Assembly (NCBI RefSeq): GCF_018977255.1
Contig: NW_024704761.1
Coordinates: forward strand, 1,984,001-2,048,000
Source: Callorhinchus milii
Taxonomy: Eukaryota
Length of the DNA stretch: 64,000 nucleotides
Direction: 5' to 3'
In this document: positions 50,960 to 64,000 of the stretch, piece after piece
Numbering within the stretch: the stretch's first letter is position 1
How the letters are laid out: every line of letters begins with the position of its first letter
Notes under the pieces: generated by a model
The model's input: only the letters and a program-made list of their open reading frames with translations
The model's database searches: none
Told to the model about the DNA's origin: nothing
Position numbers and translations under genes: made by a program

Positions 50960-51799
50960 TTACAGCAGCAGGAGCGGGCGTTATTACTGGTCAGGCCTCT
51001 CGTACCAAACCTGCCCGACCTCCTCGGCACAATGTCACTCTGATACGGTGAATCACGCAGAACGTTACAACACGGGAACAGGCCACTCGGCTCAACCAGC
51101 CCGTGCCGGTGTTTATACTCCACACTCGTCTCCACCCGCTCCTAATCCCCTCTCTTACTCCTCTGTCCCCCCTCTCCCGTGACCCTGTAGCGTTCTATTG
51201 CGCTGTGCTGCACCTGTGCAACTTATTACAGTATATTTTGTCGTCTTGTTTGGCGCAGCTTTATTTTAATGCAAAGTATTCGTATTTCCAAATAAATGCG
51301 AAAAGGCTGGAAATTGCACAGGACTGCCTGGACGAGCAGCGGGAGAGCTTGAATATGGCGTCTATCGTACAACTTATATTTTTTGGGGGGTGGGGTGTCA
51401 GCACGCGCTTAAGATCTCCAAACCAGCCTGAGAGTTCCACGTCTGCCACCGACACGTGGAAATCCCTGTGTCTGGCGCTTATCTCATTCTGGAGAGTATT
51501 AAGGTGCAGGTCAGTGAGAGCCGAGGCTTCGTGACCCCTGGAGCTAAACTCAATCGCTGGAGACCTTCAAGGTACAAATTGTAATTTATGTAATCGATTG
51601 AGACAGCACAAAAACTGGACAAATGCGACAGTAATAAATAATACTAATCCTTGCATCCGATGCAGCGCCTTATCACGTCTTCGATAGTCTCAAAGCGCTT
51701 CGCAGGACACACTGCAAAGTGTAGTGACTGTGTGTTTTGTGGGCGAAACGCACAGGTGTCGCACAAATTATTTTTTTATTAGAAATAGCCCCCAAAAAT

Positions 51800-52000
51800 G
51801 AGGCGTCCCGCCCCAAACCCGCCCATTCTTTCTACGCACAGGACCACGCAAAAAAAAGACAAACCCGCCCGATTGGGCGGGAAACCCGCACAACCCGCCC
51901 ACACTGCGCTGCCCGGGGGCGGGGCCTGGGCGGGGGGCGGGGCCTGGGCGGCGGGGGGCGGGGTCAGGTCTACGCGTCTCTCAAGATGGCGGCGGCGGCG
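51800..52000 (+). promoter_or_regulatory. MRPS7 TATA-less promoter: CCAAT box, tandem GC boxes and a YY1-type motif over the start codon
   Basis: GATTGG at about 51871, GGGGCGGGGCCTGGGCGG twice (about 51915-51950) and CAAGATGGCGGC at 51982-51993. Confidence 0.7.
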
Positions 52001-55000
52001 GTGACGGGTTTGTTCATCAAAAGCCGAGTCCCGGGGTGAGGGGTCAACCCGCGGATGTAGTGACTGTGTGTCTGTCTGTCACTGAGGGTGGAGTGACTGT
52101 GTGTCTGTCTGTCACTGAGGGTGTAGTGACTGTGTGTCTGTCACTGAGGGTGTAGTGACTGTGTGTCTGTCTGTCACTGAGGGTGTAGTGACTGTCTGTC
52201 TGTCACTGAGGGTGTAGTGACTGTCTGTCTGTCACTGAGGGTGTAGTGACTGTGTGTCTGTCACTGAGGGTGTAGTGACTGTGTGTCTGTCTGTCACTGA
52301 GGGTGTAGTGACTGTCTGTCTGTCACTGAGGGTGTAGTGACTGTGTGTCTGTCTGTAACTGAGGGTGTAGTGACTGTCTGTCTCGCCTTTATCACCTCAA
52401 GGCCGGACTATGGGACCTCTCTCCTCGTCGGCCTTCCCCACACCTCCCTCCACACTGCAGCTCATCCAGAACTCTGCAGCTCTGTCCCGCACCAGACACC
52501 GCGACCACATCACTCCCACCCTCGCCCTCACCCTCGCCCTCACCCTCACCCTCGCCCTCACTCCCGCCCTCACCCTCGCCCTCACTCCCGCCCTCACCCT
52601 CGCCCTCACCCTCACTCCCGCCCTCACCCTCACCCTCACCCTCACTCCCACCCTCGCCCTCACCCTCACCCTCACTTCCGCCCTCACCCTCACTCCCGCC
52701 CTCACTCTCGCCCTCACTCCCACCCTCACTCCCACCCTCATCCTCACTCCCACCCTCGCCCTCACCCTCACTCCCACCCTCACCCTCACCCTCACCCTCA
52801 CTCCCGCCCTCACCCTCACTCCCGCCCTCACCCTCGCCCTCACTCCCACCCTCACTCCCACCCTCACCCTCGCCCTCACCCTCACTCCCGCCCTCACCCT
52901 CACTCCCACCCTCACCCTCACTCCCACCCTCGCCCTCACCCTCACCCTCACTCCCGCCCTCACCCTCACTCCCGCCCTCACCCTCGCCCTCACTCCCACC
53001 CTCACTCCCACCCTCATCCTCACTCCCACCCTCGCCCTCACCCTCACTCCCACCCTCACTCCCACCCTCGCCCTCACCCTCACTCCCGCCCTCACCCTCG
53101 CCCTCACTCCCACCCTCACCCTCACTCCCACCCTCACTCCCACCCTCGCCCTCACCCTCGCCCTCACCCTCGTCCTCACTCCCACCCTCGCCCTCACCCT
53201 CACCCTCACTCCCACCCTCGCCCTCACCCTCGCCCTCACCCTCACTCCCACCCTCGCCCTCACCCTCACCTTCACTCCCACCCTCGCCCTCGCCCTCGCT
53301 CGCCTCCACTGCTTCCCATCCGGCAGAGGATCGAATTCAAGATCCTCATCCTCACCTACAAGGCCATTCGCGGCCTCACTCCCTCCTCCCTCTCTGACCT
53401 ACTATCCCCCTACCTACCCGCCCGTACCCTCCGTCCCTCTGGCTCCGGTCTGCTCCACATCCCCCGCCCCAACCGCCCTACCATCGGTGGTCGGGCCTTC
53501 AGCCTCTCAGCCCCGAGGCTCTGGAACTCCATCCCCAGTGCCTTCGCCGCTTCAACAACAACAACAACAACAAGATTCCATTTATAGAGCGCCTTTCACG
53601 TCAGGAGGACGTCCCAAGGCGCTGCACAGTTGGGTCATGACCCGAGCAGGGGGGAAATGGTCAGGGTGAGGGGAGGGAAGGGAGGGAGAGAGGAGGGGGA
53701 AATGGTCAGGGTGAGGGGAGGGAAGGGAGGGAGCGAGGAGGAGGAAGAGAGTCGAGAGGGGAGCTGAAGGCACGGTCAAAGAGAAAGGTTTTGAGACCGG
53801 CCTTGAAGGAGGAAAGGGAGGAAGCAAGGCGAAGGCACTGGGGGATGGAGTTCCAGAGCCTCGGGGCTGAGAGGCTGAAGGCCCGACCACCGATAGTAGG
53901 GCGGTTGGGGCGGGGGACGTGGAGCAGACCGGAGCCAGAGGAACGGAGGGTACGGGCAGGTAGGTAGGGGGATAGTAGGTTGGAGAGGTAGGAGGGAGCA
54001 AGGCCGTGAATGGCCTTGTAGGTGAAAGGCTTCCTCCCTTTCCTCCTTCAGGGCCGGTCTCAAGACCTTTCTCTTTGACAGTGCCTTCAGCTCCGCTCTC
54101 GACTCTCTCCCCCCTCCTCCCTCCCTCCCTCCCCTCCCCTCCCCCTGACCATCTCCCCCCTCCTCGCTCCCTCCCTCCCCTCCCCTCACCCTGACCATTC
54201 CCCCCTCCTCGCTCCCTCCCTCCCCTCCCACTGACCATTTCCCCAATGCTTGGGTCCCGACCCAACTGTCCAGCGCCTTGGGACATCCTCCCGACATGAA
54301 GGGTGCTCTATAAATGAAATCTTGTTGTTGTTGTTGAGGGTGTAGTGACTGTGTGTCTGTCTGTCACTGAGAGTGTAGTGTCTATATGTCTGTCTCTTTG
54401 TTACTGTCTACACCAGACTCCTGCATCTTGTGGAAGGACATCATGTATTTCTGGCCAGAGTTCACTCTCTTGCCCTCTGCTCCCTTCTATGTTAATTAAC
54501 TTTTACCTCAATGTCCCCCTCACAGCTGGAAAAACATATACCTTCTTTTTAAAACCCACCGTTGCCTGTGTAACCTGCAGGGTAATCCCGGTGAGATGGA
54601 GCCGTTACAGTCAGAATTACCTGGAGCCAGAGGTCAACAGGGAATACTATCGCGCTCCAGTCACAGAGCTCAGCCAAGAGGAGAAGGATATTCAGGAGCT
54701 CAAGAGGGTTCGACCGATAAAAGCTGCTCAGAACAGTATTACCAGCTCGGTCTTTTATGATCCTCTTTTAAGGTCAGTGATAATAATAATAATAATAATC
54801 CTTGCATTTGATATAGCGCTTTTCACGTCGGGAGGACGTCCCAAAGCGCTTCACGGAACACACTGTAAAGTGAATTGACTGTATATTTGTGGGCGAACGC
54901 GGCGGCCGATTGCGCACAGCAATGTCCCACAAACAGTCGGGGATTGAAAATGACCAATTTATTATTGTTTTTGGTTTTGGGGGGATTATTATTAGGCTCT

Positions 55001-57086
55001 GTGTGGAGTAAGGAAACTTGCCCGAGGTTTCGCCCTCTGCCTGGAATTGAATTCAGGTCTCTCACTTGCAAAGCGAGTGCTCTAACCACTGAGCTACAGG
55101 ACTCCACGATGGGGTTCAGATGAGTTGAATTCTTGCTCAATTGCCTGAACCTCACAAATATATATATATATATAACATATATGTGTTTTGTCTCAAATGC
55201 TACACTTTCTAAAGTCTTAGTAACTATTTAGTGTCTAAACCCAACTGCTAACTGTGACCTGGCTCTGGAGTTTATGAGCCACTGTACATGTTGGCCTGGT
55301 TGCAGATGGTGAAGGATTATTTTTTTCAATAAATTCTTTCAGCAAATTCATCAATATGATAATGACGGGAGGACAGAAAAAGTTGGCTCGATCCATTATG
55401 AATGAGGTACGGTTTGCCATTTCTGCTTCTTTTTTATAACAGGTGTCGTTTGACGTTACGCTAGTTTGAGAAAATAAACTCAGAACCATGCAGTATAGAT
55501 TTACATTTACACAGCGTCTTTCACAGCGGGAGGATGCCCCAAGGTGCTGGACAATTGGGGTTTGCACCCGAGCGAGAGAAGACCTACATCAAATGCAAAG
55601 GGTTATTATTATTATTATTAAACACAGAACAAAGAACAAATCTTGGATCTTCTTGTACTGTCTTCTACAAGCCCAGCACCTTGGGACGTCCTCAAGACGT
55701 GAAAGGCGCTATACAAATGTAATTTTGTATTCTGTTCTGTGGGACATTATCACGCTGGCAGTGACCCATCACGACAGACTGTACTATGCATCTGCTTATC
55801 AGTGTGGCCACCCACATCACACATACTTTGATATAAACAGTGCCTCTGTTCTCTTGCACAGACCTTTGAGCTTATTAAACGGAAGCAGGTTGAGCTGTAC
55901 CACAAGGCTCCAGAGGCCAATAGAGAGAACATTGAGTGTAACCCCTACAAGATCTTCCACCGGGCTTTGGAAAACTGTAAACCTGTCATTGGATTAACTA
56001 ATATTCAGCGTGGCGGCAAGACCTACCAGGTAAACCTCGCTTCTGACTGATTACACCGTCATTCCACACGCACAAGTTTCCCAATTTTGGACAATTTAAA
56101 AAAAAAATCACAAATAGTTTTTTATACTCGGTGTCTCTCCTCCCCTGCTGATCAGATTTTCTGGGGTTGTGGGTGGAGGTGAGAGAGAGATTTTCCTCTT
56201 CTCCTGCACACACTCCCCGTGGCTGAGAAGAGAAATTGACCACATTCTTTGAGGTCTTAGCACTGCTCTGCTGTCAGCCAATGGAGGTATCAGAACCATA
56301 GATTTACAGCACAGACGACGGCATCTTGACCCATCGTGTCTGTGCTCGAAGATGTGTGAGAACAGAAGGGATGATTCACTCAACATCCTCCCACATACTG
56401 ACAGACAGGAGGCCATTCAGCCCACCATGTGTCACTCCCCGTGTTTCTGAATTGCCTTTCTTTAATAACTTCCCACTTGCCAGCTTCCCCACTTGTGTTT
56501 TTTCACTCCCAGGTTCACTTTTGATCTCTTGTTCCGGCTTCAAAAGCCACCAGTGTATTCGTGACTGTAGTAATGATTTCCAAACCCTATCGACCCTCTT
56601 GAGAGAAGAAATCCCTTCTACCCTCTCCCCACCTGCTATGATTTCCACCAAAACAGGGAATGCAAACTCGCTTTAACACCCGGTGCGAGGGACAAGGTCT
56701 CTTGACAGTGTAGCTGTTCCTCCTGTCCCCTGCCCTCAGCATTGCACTGCAGTGTCAGCCTTGACTGTGAGCTAAAGTCTTGACATAGGTCTTGAACCTT
56801 CTGACCGTAAGGCAACTGAGCCAAGCTGATATCTTGATGAAATTAATTGTCGTTGATATTATAGGTTCCAACACCACTGAAGGACAACCGCCGACGTTTC
56901 CTGGCCATGAAGTGGTTGATCACACATTGCCAGGAGAGCAAGTCTCTGCAGACACACATGTCCATCCAGCTGTCACAGGAGCTGCTCGCTGCGTTCAACA
57001 ACGAGGGCAACGTCATCAAGAGGAAACACGACCTGCACAAAATGGCCGAGGCAAACCGAGCCTTTGCCCACTATCGGTGGTGGTGA
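51986..57086 (+). CDS. MRPS7: Mitochondrial ribosomal protein S7, 231 aa, 5 exons
   Basis: Exons 51986-52035, 54581-54772, 55343-55406, 55862-56029, 56865-57086. Contains [74 protein letters not shown] and [19 protein letters not shown]. Confidence 0.97.
52056..52382 (+). repeat. 28-32 bp minisatellite (GAGGGTGTAGTGACTGTGTGTCTGTCTGTCACT)n with an internal inverted repeat
   Basis: About 10 units; the array resumes at 54337-54380 after the L2 block. Confidence 0.93.
52511..53297 (+). repeat. (CCCTCA/CCCTCG/CTCCCA/CTCCCG)n hexamer array of about 790 bp
   Basis: Explains the low-complexity ORFs (TPTLAL, PHSHPR, EGEGGS). Confidence 0.95.
53553..54024 (-). mobile_element. L2-type LINE 3' fragment inserted antisense into the host L2
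   Basis: (AAC)n tail at 53553-53572 followed by the reverse complement of the same 3' UTR and RT end. Confidence 0.9.
54780..55105 (-). mobile_element. tRNA-Ala-headed SINE, full length
   Basis: Near-identical to the family; its tail starts 8 nt into MRPS7 intron 2. Confidence 0.93.
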
Positions 57087-57642
57087 GTGAGCCGGGCGGC
57101 ACCAGACACCAGACTCTTGTGAGTCTTAACCTTCAAGACACTGGATTGTCAGATTTCACTCTTATCTGGACCGAGCAGCGATTTGTCACTAACTCAACAA
57201 AGACAGTAATCAAAGTGCTGCGATGCGACAGTTAACTTAACCACAAGCTTCACTGAACCCGGCCACCCTGAGACAAGACACAAGATTGTTTCGAACCACG
57301 TCAATCCACAAACGAGAAGTGAGGTTTTAAAATAAAACTTCAGAGATTTAATGGGAAAAAGAGACGAGACTATACAGTCAAATAAAATGTTTCACTTCAA
57401 TTAAACAGGACTTTTTTTTTACAGTGATTTCATTCTGACTTCTGATCCTTTGTATTTTCTCACAGTAACAGTTTCACAGTATGTTTCGCTCATTAAATCG
57501 CCCACAAGCTGTCAACAACAACAATAACTTGCATTTAAATAGCGCCCCTCACGCAGGGTAGCGTCCCAGAGCGCCTTCCTGAGTGAAGGAACCAGTGCTC
57601 GCGTTAGTAAAGCCGGGTGGCAGCTTCCCGTCCGATGTGCTG

Positions 57643-61329
<3,687 letters not shown>

Positions 61330-62311
61330 AGCTCCCGCCCCCCCGGCCCCGCCCCCCCCCCCGCCCCCGCCGCCGCCGCGCCGCCGCCCCGCCGCCCGTG
61401 CTCGTTGGGCTACTTTTTGGGCTCGAGACTGGTGGGGGGCGGGTTGGGCTACCCGCCCCACCACCCGCGCCCGCCCCCACAGCGTTGGGCCAGAGTTTTG
61501 GGCTACGACACGCGCCGCTCTCTTTTTTTTTAGTAGCCCCCAACCATCACGACCACCACCACGACGACACACCTCATCGATCAATCACCGATCGAAAGGC
61601 TAATCTGTCACCTCTCTCTCCCCCCCACCCCCTCCTCCCCCCCCCCCTCCCCCGCAGCACGCGGGGGGGCGGGCGGGGCCGGCGCACGTCCCGCAGCCGT
61701 GAAGTCGAGCGACCAGATTGTTACGACCACGAAGCTGATGATTATTGATTATTGATCCGATTTTCAAGGGGGGGGGGGGGGTGGGGGAGTCATTTCCACC
61801 ACCCGACACCCACACCCGGACACGATCGCTCAAGCAGAGTGAGCGAGAGAGGGAGGGAGGGAGGAGGGGGAGAGAGAGAGAGAGCGTCTCCCCGTCCGGG
61901 CAGCGGGACCGACAGACAAACGTCCCTTTGTGGGGTCGGACGAAGAAGGACCAACTCGAGGTCTACTTTGCAGAACATTTTATTTTCATCACAATCATAC
62001 TTCCAACATAGCCAAATACAAACTAAATTGCAAAATACCGTCTTGCGGGGGGGGGGGAGGGGAGGGGGGGGGCGGGGGGGGAGGGGGTCACATAAGAAAC
62101 ATGAAATACTCATTTCAACTCTTTACACATCACGGGGCGTATAGAAGTCAGGCTCCCCCCAGCAGGCACACTGCACCCAGCAGGTCTGGCCTCCACAGGA
62201 TCACTCGAATGTAAAGTGCTAGTACAAAAAAGGGCTCAATTTTTTGTAGCTCACATTAAAATTAACAATTTATTCGGTTCGCAAGTCATAAGTGAAATAG
62301 ACATCAAAGGC

Positions 62312-62445
62312 TTATCCTAAAACCAGGCTGGACATGCCCCCTGGTGGGTTTTTCCTGGGCCGGGCTGCTGCAGGCTCTGCTGGGATTAGCACAGGTTCCT
62401 CCTTCAGACCCCGCGGCTTCTCTTCAGTTTCACTGGCTTTATTGC
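62312..62445 (-). CDS. JPT1: Jupiter microtubule-associated homolog 1 (HN1), last coding exon
   Basis: Acceptor TTTCAG| then ..NKASETEEKPRGLKEEPVLIPAEPAAARPRKNPPGGMSSLVLG*, matching the HN1 C-terminal motif NPPGGKSSLVLG. Minus-strand AATAAA at 62269-62274 and 61979-61984. Neighbour of NT5C as in human. Confidence 0.88.
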
Positions 62446-64000
62446 CTGAAAGCAGCACAAAGAATTCAGTTGCAGAACCCCCACCGCCAACCACACAGGG
62501 GCCAAACCCAAAGCTCAAACGACTTGCAATATAATTCAATTCACATTGGACCTAAAGCATTTCTTTCAGTCCCGCTCAGTCCTGCACACCAGGCACAGTG
62601 GTTGGTACATGAGGGTTTAACTCAGTTCAGTGAAAGAGACTGGAGATAAATAATACAATAATAACCCTGGCATTTGATACGGCGCCTTATCGCATCTTAG
62701 AGATGTCTCAAGGCGCTTCACAGGATACATTGTAAAGTGAATTTGACTGAACATTTTGTGGGCGAAACGCAGCAGCCAATTGCACACAGTACAGCCCCAA
62801 ATCTACCCTGAATTTCAGCCGAATAGGTATCTTCCAACATACCAAATTCAGGTCATATCATCAGGGCGTGGGCTTTGAAATCCGCCAAACTGAGGGAGGT
62901 GGTGGTCAACATTTCAGGTATTGTGAACGGTAGATAAGATTCTAAGAGGTTCAAGTAGCCTGTTAACACGGTGAAGCTCTGATCCTTCACACACTTTTAC
63001 AGCAGTACACTGCCAGTGGGAGACTGGATATCAATGAGCAGGTGATCTGCTTCAAGGCCAGTTCCTACAATTGTCTTCAGCCTTTTAATCCCACCAAGCA
63101 GGAAAACAGATTGCCTCAATTCAGCGGCCTGAGGTCAGAAACACGTCTGAAATAGTCAAATCAGCAAACAAACTAACCCAAACACTGAGCTGATGCTCAT
63201 CATTAAACAGCCGTTATCCCATTTCTGTGATATTAGTGATCTTTAACTGCTGAACCCAGGCTCAGTCACTGACCATTCAAACAGATTAATCCAAATATCA
63301 AATGTAAAAAGAAAAGCTTGGTTGGTTTATAACTGGATTGTACAAAGTTTCTCGCTTTGCAAGTCCAATCAAGCTCATCTCTGCGAGACGAGTGATCATG
63401 TACTGTTCTACGCTGTGTGAATAGATGGAACATCTGGCTTTGGGGAAAATCAGCACATGAACATCTCAGCAACAACATGTGTAGAACAGAGTGACCGAGA
63501 ACACACACAGCACGTCTTTCTTCCCTTTACAAACACACATTGTAACAAACAGAAGCGCTATTCAATCCCCAACTTCCACGATGAACTGATTTGTTGAGTC
63601 ATAAAGACCAGTCTCAGTAACTTGACACTTCAAAACAGCCAGCGGCAACCACATGAGGAACTAATGGGTAGAGTTGCCTTTGGGCGAGATCGGTAATGCT
63701 CGAGCTTAAAACTGCCTACAGCAGATGTGTGTTTACTGGCCCCAGTGTACCAGAAAGATCTTGTGTATCCATGGCTTTACACGTGAAACTAGTTTGTTCT
63801 AGATTTGTCCAGTCAGATTAAGAAAGTGAGGGCAATAATTTGCACCTCCAGCATCTTTCATTGTAGGGAGAATGTCTCAAAGCACTTTACAAAGATGGGA
63901 GCGACTGGTGAGGAGATGACCCAATTTCCTCAGCTACACCTTTCCTCCCTGTTGCACCTCAGTGGTCCTGTCCTCTCCCAGTGTCTCCACTTTATCTCTT

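Larger units (their letters stand above)
52383..54336 (+). mobile_element. L2-type LINE 3' fragment interrupted by a hexamer expansion and by an antisense L2 copy
   Basis: Translation [23 protein letters not shown]...[29 protein letters not shown]...[18 protein letters not shown]; the 3' UTR and (TTG)n tail lie at 54028-54336. Confidence 0.9.

Noticed and set aside
52056-52382. CRISPR-like array of ~30-bp palindromic repeats
   Set aside because: There are no unique spacers and no cas genes, and it lies in a vertebrate intron; it is a minisatellite.
52337-53669. Long ORFs of 294-419 aa (His/Pro-rich, Glu/Gly-rich, Thr/Leu-rich)
   Set aside because: They arise from a stop-free hexamer array inside a frameshifted L2 fragment.
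61330-61584. Arg-rich upstream in-frame extension of NT5C as a mitochondrial leader (NT5M-like)
   Set aside because: There is no in-frame ATG (the ORF starts at TTG), and GC-rich promoter sequence is often stop-free.
63930-64000. Possible upstream JPT1 exon at the window edge
   Set aside because: The donor is weak, the phase does not match the last exon and there is no recognisable HN1 motif.

Overview
This is vertebrate genomic DNA, not prokaryotic. The repeat content (tRNA-headed and Deu-domain SINEs, L2 and CR1 tails) suggests a cartilaginous fish such as a chimaera; that assignment is inference. I reconstructed spliced genes by hand from GT-AG boundaries and reading-frame continuity. They form a block largely syntenic with human 17q25.1: SRP68 (minus, 5' six coding exons), an orphan GALR2-like exon 1, a complete LLGL2 (25 coding exons, about 1052 aa), a 4-exon avidin-family gene, a RING-B-box-coiled-coil-PRY/SPRY TRIM gene, MRPS7, NT5C (minus) and the last exon of JPT1/HN1 (minus). 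The most notable observations are: (1) an intact secreted avidin-like gene flanked by two independent tandem arrays rich in GGTCA nuclear-receptor half-sites, with a microsatellite-encoded signal peptide; (2) a GALR2 lacking exon 2, whose exon end plus splice donor is tandemly amplified; (3) two U12-type introns; (4) an L2 copy inserted antisense into another L2 inside a hairpin minisatellite in MRPS7 intron 1. There are two assembly gaps (6524-6662 and 7758-7972). Most long ORFs in the supplied track are artefacts of simple repeats.
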